This document shows, piece by piece, positions 53,569 through 64,000 of a stretch of 64,000 nucleotides of DNA (position 1 is the first letter of the stretch; each line of letters begins with the position of its first letter). The translations under genes and the position numbers were made by a program. Origin of the DNA: Octopus bimaculoides (Eukaryota); the NCBI RefSeq assembly GCF_001194135.2, contig NC_068989.1:89641297-89705296 (forward strand), given 5' to 3'. Below the pieces are notes generated by a model, which ran no database searches, had not been told where the DNA came from, and saw nothing but the letters and a program-made list of their open reading frames with translations.

Positions 53569-56500
53569 TCTTACCCGTCGTTCCAGAAGAAGGAGTTTAA
53601 ATAAAATGAGGATCTTGTGACGATAAAGTATAACGAGGTCCCGAGCAGGAAGACCTGAAAGCAATGTAGAAGGCAGGTTTTAATAATGACAACTACAACA
53701 TCAATAACAATGACAACAACAATAATCATAATAAGAAGAACAGCATCAAAGATATTGGATTGTCAGATAGTGTCATTTGTTTTTGCTTTTTTCTTCATGG
53801 CATCCTGTTGTCATACGCCCGAAAAAGAGGTAAAATTTAATCAAATTTCAAAAACGATAACCAACACTCTCTCTCCCTCCTGAGGCAGCCATGTTTCCCC
53901 GTCTAAAGCAAAACTCCTTTTTCTGTTGTAAAGATTGTTTGCCAACATAACATGGCAGTCCTGGTTTAGGACGAATGTTGCTGTAATTTAGCCCCAGGAG
54001 ACATCGTCTCCAGCTGGCTATACGACACGATCTGTGGGGGTGCTAGATTCCCTTGTTCGAAAATATAAGGACACAGATCGTGTTGTATAGCCAGCTGGAG
54101 ACGATGTCTCCTGGGGTTAAATTACAGCAACATTTGGCCTAAACCAGGACTGCTATGTTATGTTGGCAAACAATCTTTACTACAAAGTATTGTTGCTGAA
54201 TATCTCTCGTGAGATTTAAAAAATAGTAATTTCCTTTTTCTGTTCCTCAATACTACTCACATTTCCCAGGTGTGGGGTTATGTCTTGCAAATTACCTAGT
54301 GACCTATCTGATGCTGGTTTCAAGTAGAAGAGCGTTCAGTACACTTTGTAAAGTGGTTGGCAGCAGGAAGGGCATCCAACTTTAGAAAGCATGCCAAAAA
54401 CAGATAATCGGAGACTGGTATGGCTCCCAGCTTTGCAAGTAACTCCCAAAACATCTAATCCACGCCAGCATGGAAAGCTGATTTATGATGATGATGATGA
54501 TGATGATGTAGAAGGATAGAGCAAAAAAAAATCATAAAACACTACGATAAAAATATTTTTCATGTTAAGTCAAATAACACAAGAAAGGATTCAAACAAAT
54601 GTGGGGGGTGGGTGGGGGGAACGAATTTAACTGACAACCCAATAAAAGAAAATAAATGCGTGGGTGTCCGGTAAGAAGCTTGCTTCCCAACCATATGGTC
54701 CTGGGTTCAGTCCCATTGCGTGGCACCTTGGGCAAGTGTCTTCTACTATAGCCTCGGGCTGACCAAAACCTTGTGAATGGAAAAAGACCACTCACAGACA
54801 CCTTAACGGACCTAGGCAACAATAACAACAACAACAACAGGAAGGTATGCTCACCGAGGTAGATTTTGGTGCTGTCAGTCTGGCTGTCTGTCAGCAATGT
54901 ACTGAGGTTGCGGTATGTGTCAATGAGCAGTTCCACTTTACTGAAGTCTCTCTCGTCAAAGTAGGCATGAGTAATTAATTCCAGTTTGGTCTGGATTAAT
55001 CCATAAAAGGGCTAGAGAAAGGAGAAAAAGAGGCAAATAAGCATATTATCTTCATTTTCATCATTATCATCAGCTGCATAAACACACTCATCGACATCAC
55101 CAAACCCTGAATATAAGTCCCAAGCCCTATGGCTCTTCAAGTTGGTTATCCTGTTTCTATAGCATCTAAGTGCCTGACATCACAACCTTTTCCCCTAAAT
55201 GAAGTGCCTGGCCCTAGCAGGGTGATTCATTTAGCGTTGAATTATTGAGAACAATGTGAAATGAAGTGTTTTGCTCAAAACCACAATGCACAACCAGCCT
55301 AGAAAGCAAAACCACAATACCATGACCATTAGTGCAATGCCCAAAACCACTCGGCCATGCAGTACCATAAGCATTAAATTCATCACCATGATCGAATTTA
55401 CCAATATCCTTCTCCTTTGTCCTCATCATTATCATCAAATTCAGCATCCTCCTCCTCATCACCACTGTCATTTTTAGAAATAAGTTAACCAGAAAGGAAG
55501 GAGGAGGAACAATATCCAAGACATTTGCTGACCAATCCTAGACTGGAGACATGAAAGGTTTTGCTTGAATATTTGATGTGGCCAAGTTCTGAAAGTGGGA
55601 CTTTCAGTGGGAGGCAAACTTTAAGAAGAAGGATTGGAGAACAGTGTCTATAATGCAGAGCTTGGGAAGTGAGACACTGTAGAAGATAATGAGAGGACTA
55701 GAAGGTGCTGGAAAGTTCCAGGCTTTAAGGGTATCACGAAAGGTCTGGTTGGAGGCCCAACCTTCTGAGATCTTTTATAGGGCTTAGAAAAAACAAAGGA
55801 TCCCTGCAATAAGTGTGAATCTGAGAGGGGAATATGTTGAATAAAATCATAATTAACTGATTCTCCTGTTTTTCTTTTACTCAAAACCAGAAACTTTTCA
55901 GCACCCCTCATATATTTGTATAGTTTCTGTCTACTAAATTCCTCCATAAAGCATTGCTCAGCCTGAGGCTATAATAGAAGACGTTTATGTAAGGTGCCAC
56001 GCAATGGGACTGAACCTGAAACCAATGTGGTTGTAAAGTGAACTTCTTAACCACACAGCCATGCCTGTGCCTGTCCGTGGACAAGATATCTCAAGAACCG
56101 CTGGATGGATTCACATGAAACTTTCAGGGATGTTTGGCATGAACTGATTAGATTTTGGGATCAATCTGGTACCAGACAAAGATTCTGGATTATTTTCCCG
56201 TTTTTTTTTTTTTACTTAAGTTTTGAGAGCAGTCAGGTTCATTTCTGGCAATCCCATTTGTGAGAGCATTCGAGTTTATTTCAGATATTCTCATTTTAAA
56301 AATCATCTCCGACTAATCATTGGGAGGATGTTAGTGTTGCCTTGGCGGAGGTTTGCGCTCTCTGAGTGCTCTTATTATTTTAATTTTGTTTTGCACAAAT
56401 CAGAAGGTTAATGATGGACCCATTTTAATAATGTAGACCCCCATCCCTACCCAACTTGAAATTCTGCATGCATACTTTTAATATTAATTTAGTGAATTAT

Positions 56501-57740
56501 AAATTTCTACCTGTCTTCCTGCTTCAATGACTTACCAGTTTGCTAAGTACACACACACTTTTCTGTACAGTGTTTCTGGTGACTTCCTTCGATCTGGTGA
56601 TCAGGTCCTAGAAAGACAGAGGTACACATGGGATTAGAACACGCAACTGTTGTCATCACAACTGATGATAATTATACAACATATCTTTGTCTTTTATTTG
56701 TTTCAGTCACTGGAGAGTGGCCATGCTGGGGCACCCCAGTACTTAGTTTTCAAATCTAGCACTTATTCTATCATTCTCTTTCATCAAACAAGGATGTAAA
56801 CGAAACAACACGGGTTGTCAACTGATGGTGGGGGGACAAACACAAACTCAATGGACCATACACACACACATATATATATGACAGTCCTCTTTCAGTTTCT
56901 GTCAGCCAAAGCCAAAAGGCATTGGTTGGTCTGAGGCTATAATACAAAACAGTTGCCCAAGATGCTGCACTGTGGAACTGAACCCAGTACCATGGGGTTG
57001 CAAATGTGAGCCTCCTAACCACACGGCCATAATCTATTAATGGGTTTAATTAGCAGTCTTCATGTACTATTGTAGTAGTAGTAGTAGAACATGTCAGAGC
57101 AGGAACCAGTTGGGGGACTGGCATTGACCACGTCTGGATGGTGCTTTTTACACACTACCAGCACAGGGTATTGTTTGATATCCGTTTTGCCACGCTGGCA
57201 TGGATTGGACAATTTGACTGCAGTTGGTAAGCCAAAGGACTACATCAAGCTTCAGTGTTTGCTTTGGCATGGTTCTCTCTAAGAAGGAATTTTTTGTTAT
57301 TATCGTCATTATTTAAATTAATCATTTGTTAACCCTTTTGTTACCATATTTCTGTTGAGATGCTCTGTGTTTCTTTCAATTAATTTTAAATATAACAAAG
57401 AATTTAGTAAAATAACTTAGTTATCATTAAGCTAGTGTTAGGAACATAAATTGTGACTAAGGTTTGGTGGGAGATTTTAATTCAAAACTTATGAAAACAA
57501 GACATTTGTACTCGGAGCCAGAACCGGTTTCAGGCAGGTTGGTAATGAAAGGGTTAAATTAATAATTTGTTAAGGTGACTCATTAGCATGCTGGACAAAA
57601 TGCTTAGTGGCATTTCTTCCAGCTTTATGTTCCGAGTTCAAATTCAGCCAAGGTTGACTCTGGGGGTCAACCTTTCATGGGTCAATGTAACTGATTTACC
57701 CTCTCCCCCAACACTGCAGCCTTGTCTCAAAATCCCAAAC

Positions 57741-57779
<39 letters not shown>

Positions 57780-57872
57780 CATCCTCATTTCAATGGCTTG
57801 GAAGAATCTAGAACATCATAGAAGTACTTTGCAGTTTTTGTTTCAAGTCTTTAAGTTTTGAGGTCAAACCCC

Positions 57873-57905
<33 letters not shown>

Positions 57906-58171
57906 GATAGCTGACACGATAGTAACTAGCAACAGTAGTGTACTACTACTGCAACAACAACAACTACTATTAGTGACACTAGCAGTAGTTGCTGTAGTGG
58001 TGGTAGTAGCTGTTGTTGTCATTGTCAAAGTGGTAGTAGTAGTTGTAATAATAAAACTCCATATTTAATAATAACTGACCTTTGAGTCCATCTGCTGGTA
58101 GCAAGACACACCATATACAGTACTGTATTCACCATCTCTGGATGGGAGATGAAAGAATATGGTATCTGGAA

Positions 58172-58216
<45 letters not shown>

Positions 58217-58378
58217 AATAATAAACAGAGATAAAGAGAGTACACAACTGTTCTTACCTTTAGTATAATTGTGTGCACCATCAGGGAGAGCAAGTGATGG
58301 TAGGTGGCGCCACTCATCGGGTAGTTCATGACTGTCCACTGAGTTACCTTCAATCAGAGGTGGGTAGGAATATTCAAC
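39409..58378 (-). CDS. AVL9: AVL9 (late secretory pathway protein, DENN-like), 14 coding exons, first exon missing
   Basis: The exons listed below total 2619 nt (872 codons plus stop), all GT-AG with compatible phases. Motifs LALPDGAHN, VQKSVCVLSKLP, GFVIGATNILF, WEGGDEW and HPFQG match AVL9. Confidence 0.95.
40776..40864 (-). CDS. AVL9: AVL9 penultimate exon (TMQSTEKGKKLNAAVSQTGKYVVQTGKVF)
   Basis: 89 nt, atcag| ... |gtgagt. Confidence 0.93.
42022..42075 (-). CDS. AVL9: AVL9 exon (HPFQGHLNMSDLRVRLS)
   Basis: 54 nt, tacag| ... |gtaagt. Confidence 0.95.
43706..43820 (-). CDS. AVL9: AVL9 exon (DEKLMEDFNLTFIQAWKTTHNYRLW...)
   Basis: 115 nt, ctcag| ... |gtaagt. Confidence 0.95.
45409..45489 (-). 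CDS. AVL9: AVL9 exon (EWEGGDEWVRLQFKDYILSLLASTHNG)
   Basis: 81 nt, tgcag| ... |gtgagt. Confidence 0.95.
46295..47245 (-). mobile_element. 5'-truncated RTE-clade LINE spanning an assembly gap
   Basis: LGDQVSSGGGCAESVAARIRIAWAKFRELLPLLATKGLSLRVKGRLYDACVRTTMLHGSETW...RLRWYGHV is open in frame. The 3' UTR beyond the gap ends in a (GAT)n tail at about 46295-46320. Confidence 0.9.
47563..47698 (-). CDS. AVL9: AVL9 exon (VNDGRIDFHD...TTTDLRFADYLVKIVTENKTLFLDGT)
   Basis: 136 nt, ttag| ... |gtaagt. Confidence 0.95.
48559..48693 (-). CDS. AVL9: AVL9 exon (GCLCHPYLSLQ...GFVIGATNILFKQRKHLTDVVVE)
   Basis: 135 nt, ttcag| ... |gtaagt. Confidence 0.95.
49880..51069 (-). CDS. AVL9: AVL9 large central exon (GLIEYGLKESAC...DEYGLPLAIFSK)
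   Basis: 1190 nt open frame, ccag| ... AAG|gtctgg; both ends match AVL9 and the interior is low-complexity. Confidence 0.92.
52448..52517 (-). CDS. AVL9: AVL9 exon (VLFTGKPVQELCRTMLGVMSLFP)
   Basis: 70 nt, tacag| ... |gtatg. Confidence 0.93.
53575..53654 (-). CDS. AVL9: AVL9 exon (GLPARDLVILYRHKILILFKLLLLERR)
   Basis: 80 nt, ttcag| ... |gtaag. Confidence 0.93.
53928..54180. mobile_element. Foldback MITE in an AVL9 intron
   Basis: 109-bp inverted arms at 53928-54036 and 54072-54180, with five mismatches counted and a 35-bp spacer. A related degenerate remnant lies at about 10190-10275. Confidence 0.85.
54855..55011 (-). CDS. AVL9: AVL9 exon (PFYGLIQTKLELITHAYFDERDFS...KIYL)
   Basis: 157 nt, ctag| ... 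|gtgag. Confidence 0.93.
56536..56607 (-). CDS. AVL9: AVL9 exon (DLITRSKEVTRNTVQKSVCVLSKL)
   Basis: 72 nt, ctag| ... |gtaagt. Confidence 0.93.
57329..57557. mobile_element. piggyBac-type MITE
   Basis: TTAA|CCCTTTTGTTACCA ... TGGTAATGAAAGGG|TTAA: TTAA target duplication and CCC/GGG termini. Confidence 0.8.
58080..58165 (-). CDS. AVL9: AVL9 exon (DTIFFHLPSRDGEYSTVYGVSCYQQMDSK)
   Basis: 86 nt, ccag| ... |gtcag. Confidence 0.93.
58258..58378 (-). CDS. AVL9: AVL9 exon (VEYSYPPLIEG...LPSLALPDGAHNYTK)
   Basis: 121 nt, cacag| ... |gtaag. Confidence 0.93.
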
Positions 58379-61300
58379 CTGTGCAAGAATAACAAGTTAA
58401 AGGTGATGGTAAGAGTAGAGATACACAGAAAGTATGTATTTAGTTCCACTAAAATGAAGCCCTACCAAGGACCTTTTAAGACTCTTTACTCTTTACTCTC
58501 TTTTACTTGTTTCAGTCATTTGACTGCGGCAATGCTGGAGCACCGCCTTTAGTCAAATCAAATCGCCCCCAGGACTTATTCTTTGTAAGCCTAGTACTTA
58601 TTCTATCGGTCGCTTTTGCCGAACCGCTAAGTTACGGGGACGCAAACACACCAGCATTGGTTGTCAAGCGATGTTGNNNNNNNNNNNNNNNNNNNNNNNN
58701 NNNNNNNNNNNNNNNNNNNNNNNNNNNNNNNNNNNNNNNNNNNNNNNNNNNNNNNNNNNNNNNNNNNNNNNNNNNNNNNNNNNNNNNNNNNNNNNNNNNN
58801 NNNNNNNNNNNNNNNNNNNNNNNNNNNNNNNNNNNNNNNNNNNGGGGGGGGGGGGGAACACAGACATACATACATATATACGATGGGCTTCTTTCAGTTT
58901 CCATCTACCAAATCCACTCACAAGGCTTTGGTCGGCCCGAGGCTATAGTAGAAGACACTTGCCCAAGGTGCCACGTGGTGGGACTGAACCCGGAACCATG
59001 TGGTTGGTAAGCATGCTACTTATCACACAGCCACTCCTACGCCTAGACAAGGATTAAAACAAACAGTTTCAGTGGTAATTACCAACTCATCAGTATTAGT
59101 TTTCTTCTTCTTCCCAAGATGCTGAATGTAATATGAACAAGATTTTACCTAGACACAATTTACAAATAGGTTCAAGTCAGTTGTGGCAACACTAATTACT
59201 ACAGTGCCAATATAGTCATCCCAATAATTTAATATCACCTTTTTCATGCTTGCATGGGTTAAACAGAATTTGTTGAGGCAGAATTTTTACAGCTGGATGC
59301 TTTTCCTGTTGCCAACCTCAACCTGTTTCCAAGTAAGGCAAAATTTTCCCATGACCAGACATGTTTTCTATGGACGATTGGGGTTGATAAAATAAGTACC
59401 AGTTGAGGGTACTGGGATTGATGTAACCAACTGATTCCCAATTCTTAAAATTGCAGGCTTTGTGCCAAATTTTGAAACCATCATTTGAGTAAGTTTTTAA
59501 GAGTTCAGACAGTTTAAATGCTTTATTGAAAAATATAAAATAGCATTTTCTTTTTGTTAATGATGTAGGAGGAGTTAACTAACAACTCCACAAACACACC
59601 CACAGACAGAATTTCCCACATATGAAGTAGATGTGTGTGTGTGTGTGTATATATATTCTCAAGACTTTGGTTAGTCTGTGGTTATAGTAGAAGACACTTG
59701 CCCAAGGCACCATATGGTGGGACTGAAACCAGAATTATGTGGTTGGAAAACAAGCTTCTTACCACACAGCCACACCTGTGTATACACACACACACACAAA
59801 TTCACTCTGTCCAATTCTCCTTTTAATCATGAAGGTTCTTTAGCCCTGTGAGGTGTAAGACCCCATTGCTAGTGTTGGTGTTACATANNNNNNNNNNNNN
59901 NNNNNNNNNNNNNNNNNNNNNNNNNNNNNNNNNNNNNNNNNNNNNNNNNNNNNNNNNNNNNNNNNNNNNNNNNNNNNNNNNNNNNNNNNNNNNNNNNNNN
60001 NNNNNNNNNNNNNNNNNNNNNNNNNNNNNNNNNNNNNNNNNNNNNNNNNNNNNNNNNNNNNNNNNNNNNNNNNNNNNNNNNNNNNNNNNNNNNNNNNNNN
60101 NNNNNNNNNNNNNNNNNNNNNNNNNNNNNNNNNNNNNNNNNNNNNNNNNNNNNNNNNNNNNNNNNNNNNNNNNNNNNNNNNNNNNNNNNNNNNNNNNNNN
60201 NNNNNNNNNNNNNNNNNNNNNNNNNNNNNNNNNNNNNNNNNNNNNNNNNNNNNNNNNNNNNNNNNNNNNNNNNNNNNNNNNNNNNNNNNNNNNNNNNNNN
60301 NNNNNNNNNNNNNNNNNNNNNNNNNNNNNNNNNNNNNNNNNNNNNNNNNNNNNNNNNNNNNNNNNNNNNNNNNNNNNNNNNNNNNNNNNNNNNNNNNNNN
60401 NNNNNNNNNNNNNNNNNNNNNNNNNNNNNNNNNNNNNNNNNNNNNNNNNNNNNNNNNNNNNNNNNNNNNNNNNNNNNNNNNNNNNNNNNNNNNNNNNNNN
60501 NNNNNNNNNNNNNNNNNNNNNNNNNNNNNNNNNNNNNNNNNNNNNNNNNNNNNNNNNNNNNNNNNNNNNNNNNNNNNNNNNNNNNNNNNNNNNNNNNNNN
60601 NNNNNNNNNNNNNNNNNNNNNNNNNNNNNNNNNNNNNNNNNNNNNNNNNNNNNNNNNNNNNNNNNNNNNNNNNNNNNNNNNNNNNNNNNNNNNNNNNNNN
60701 NNNNNNNNNNNNNNNNNNNNNNNNNNNNNNNNNNNNNNNNNNNNNNNNNNNNTGTGTGTGTGTGTATATATATTCTCAAGACTTTGGTTAGTCTGTGGTT
60801 ATAGTAGAAGACACTTGCCCAAGGCACCATATGGTGGGACTGAAACCAGAATTATGTGGTTGGAAAACAAGCTTCTTACCACACAGCCACACCTGTGTAT
60901 ACACACACACAATCTTAACTGTGGTGGTAGTGGGTAAAATGTTAATTAGTTGATGATTGGTGAGTGACTTCTCTTGCAATATTTTCGCAAGCAGTGCTGT
61001 GGATAAACCAGATGAGTGAGGTGGGATGGAGGTGGGGGTCACAGCTTTTGGTTGTGTGAGGAATGTGAGACGAAATACTGAGCCTATGAGATTGATTTTG
61101 GTGATCTGGTTAGCTGTCTAAGATGGGTTGGGATGCAACACAACTGCTGTGAGGATAAGCAGGGCAGAAAACACGTAGAGCTCGAGTTAGTTAGCAGAAC
61201 AAAGTACAAGAGGGTAGAGAGGCAGTATTGTTATGTTACAACAGGATGTGCATTGAATTACCACCAGAGGGCATTAACCGGGAGATTCATTGGGCGTAAA

Positions 61301-61379
61301 GACAGCACAGATTAGGCAATAGGCAGGAAATGAGAATAAGATCTTAAGACCCAATTATGTGAACAAATGTTGCTGGTTG

Positions 61380-62165
61380 CAGTCACTGACATCACTCAGT
61401 AAGGACCAGTGTGTAGAAAACAGCACTGTGACGCAATTCACTCTACCATAAATTTGGAAATGACGATGTACTGCTTGGTATTCGCAGTGGAAGCTCCAAT
61501 ATGAACATTTCAGAGTGTTTGGGTATCTGAGGACATGTATCGAGCGTGATAAAAATCAAACATCCAGTCAACATCATGGTGTTTGGAGTGATCACTAGTG
61601 ATGGCAACGTTATGCCTCCATTCATCCTCCCACATGGCCTCACACTCAACATGGAGGTCTACACCAAGTGCCTGGAGGAGGTAGTGCTGCCCAGGGTCAT
61701 GAGGGTTGCTGTTAGAAGACCCTATGTCTGGCAACAGGACACAGCACCATGCCACACAAGCAGGAGAACCCAGTCATGGCTGTCAGACCATTTCTGTGAC
61801 CACATCGCCCCTAACATCTGGCCACCTAACTCCTCAGTCTGCAACCCACTTAATCATTGTGTGTGGGGCACAGTTGAATGAGAGACCAACAAAACTTCTT
61901 ATAACACCAAAGATGAAATGATTATGCAAGGATTATGGCAGCATTCACCAACTTAACTAAGGAGACCGTCCAGAAGAGTTGCAGGAGATTCTGAAGTCAT
62001 CTGGAAGCCATGGCTGAAGCCAATGGCGATTTTATTGAATAAATTTACTCTTTAGTATTTCAAGATATTTTTATGTAATTTTGGTAAATATATCTGTTAA
62101 AATGAGATGTCAGTGTTATTTCCATTTTTGTGTAATTTAGATGACAGCTTATTCACTGCACCCTG
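61380..62165 (+). mobile_element. Tc1/mariner-superfamily DD37D (maT-like) transposon relic
   Basis: HPVNIMVFGVITSDG...YVWQQDTAPCHTS...WPPNSSVCNPLNHCVW, with 37 residues between D and the N at the third catalytic position. The right end is ...GCACCCTG|TA. The left boundary is approximate. Confidence 0.85.
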
Positions 62166-63269
62166 TATATGTATGCTAACACAAACACACACATTGCATA
62201 TTGAATGCTTGTATATTAAGTGCAATTTAGCAAAAGATGTGTCAAGGCTAGAAAGAAATGAGGTGAGTGTGTTCTGTTGTATGTGTCATGGATGATGTAG
62301 CATTGAATGAGCTGAGAGAAAAAACTAGGTATTAGAGGCATCAGCCAGAGTGAAAACTGCTGAGAACGAAGGTAAAAAGTACCAACTGATCCAAATGGAA
62401 GAAACCAGTGATATGGAATAGATAGAACTTTGAGAGGACTAAACTGCCAGTTTTTAAAACATATCCACAGACTGTATTTCAGTTTTATTATCAATAAATT
62501 AGATATTAATGTATAAATTGATTAATTGGTTTCTCAAAGTACTTTTGTTGTAGATTGATTTTATCGAGGGAAATGTGTTACTCAAACAAACAATTTCTTT
62601 TGCCTACCATACACACACACACACGCATCCTGTTTTTTGTTGTGTTGGAGTCCATTTTAAGATATTGAACAAAATGTATTTTCACACATCTGAAGCCATT
62701 ATAGTGTTGTCAATGTGTATAAGTTATGTAGTTGTCTATGAATAAGCCACTTCAAATATAATTCGTTTAATTACATTAACTAAATATCTAAGTTAATTAA
62801 AATATAAGTTAAATTTTTCTTTCTGACTTTTCCCTATGAATTTATTGCCTGTGACTTAATTTCTGTTCACTTCTAACAAGCACAAGCATACAAACTGACT
62901 CAGACATATCTGTGTATGAGTCATTGAATCCAGGTCAAGAAGTGTCAGCTTTGACAGTGTCTTTATGCTGTGAGTATGACTTCACAAACTACATAGAGTT
63001 TGTTGAACCTGTGTGGTCTTCACATACCACCTTCAAAGACCACATTGAGTAATGGGTCGTTTCGGATTTTAAGACGGCAGGATGTCATTTGAAGGAAATC
63101 AGGCAGTTTCTAAAACAGGTTGAACAATTTGTCGATTAATTTTATTTCTAACAGCAGTGTGCTTGAGATCAAGAGATCGTGTTGGTAAGACATGTAAGGG
63201 TGGGTAACTCAGAGGAGACTAACTAGAGGACACAACGAAAAAAAAGAGTACCTCAGCTGTCATTTAACC

Positions 63270-63481
63270 TAGAGCTCCGCAACCGGTATGCCTTAGCACA
63301 CTGGTGTGCCACGAGATGATGCTAGGTGTGTCACGAGACGATGCTAGGTGTGCCACAGTGTAACCTGAATATAACCCCACCTCCTATATAACTAAAACGT
63401 TATAATTTTAGTTCAGGTGTACGGCTGAATTTTGAAAAGAAAATAAGTGTACCGCAAGTGAAAAAAGGTTGCGGGGCACTG
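63270..63481. mobile_element. hAT-type MITE
   Basis: TIRs TAGAGCTCCGCAACC / GGTTGCGGGGCACTG; 8-bp TSD ATTTAACC / GTTTAACC; internal 22-bp tandem repeat. Confidence 0.8.
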
Positions 63482-64000
63482 GTTTAACCCAGTCAGAAGA
63501 AATAGCAGATAAATTTCCCTCATATCACACTCCACCATCTTAAAGAGAAGACACATAGGATATTGGTCCTAAAGAAACAATAATTCCATGTGTCTTCTCC
63601 CTAATCGCTTCCCTGTCCTGTGTATCACACGTGTTAAAAACATATCCCTATGGCATCCATGTATCATATCTTACACATTCCGAATTTTGTTTTTTTTTTT
63701 ATCGACCACCAAACTAACTTTTTCTTTTTGTTTATGATGTAGGAGGAGTTAACTAACAACTCCACAAACACACCCACAGACAGAATTTCCCACATATGAA
63801 GTAGATGTGTGTGTGTGTGTATATATATATTCTCAAGACTTTGGTTAGTCTGTGGTTATAGTAGAAGACACTTGCCCAAGGCACCATATGGTGGGACTGA
63901 AACCAGAATTATGTGGTTGAAAAACAAGCTTCTTACCACACAGCCACACCTGTGTATACACACACACACACAAATTCACTCTGTCCAATTCTCCTTTTAG

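Larger units (their letters stand above)
59569..64000 (+). repeat. Three direct copies of a SINE-plus-flank segment (59569-59825, 60754-60910 partial, 63733-64000)
   Basis: Near-identical text, including the unique flank TGATGTAGGAGGAGTTAACTAACAACTCC in the first and third copies. Confidence 0.85.

Overview
AT-rich, repeat-dense animal genomic DNA with about 10 assembly gaps. The tRNA-headed SINEs, RTE-type LINE ends, microsatellites and mollusc-type histone sequences suggest an octopus or other coleoid cephalopod (inference). The left half holds three solitary, intronless core-histone genes 8-12 kb apart: H2B (+, 6433-6801), H4 (-, 14509-14820) and H2A (-, 26617-26994). No H3 or H1 is visible. 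H4 and H2A have canonical 3' stem-loops; H2B has none and looks like a polyadenylated variant. The right half holds an AVL9 gene on the minus strand. I assembled 14 coding exons by hand (58378 down to 39409); all have GT-AG sites, consistent phases and 872 sense codons plus a stop, but exon 1 was not found. About 4 kb downstream of AVL9 lies an orphan CDK12/13 exon copy abutting a ~300-bp inverted duplication. Mobile DNA includes a decayed CRE-like (restriction-like endonuclease) retrotransposon end, RTE LINE fragments, a DD37D (maT-type) transposase relic, and hAT-, piggyBac- and foldback-type MITEs. I cannot demonstrate a new biological system from sequence alone. The strongest leads are the dispersed histone locus (mixed 3' processing, a shared TATA-proximal 10-mer) and the CDK12/13 exon capture.
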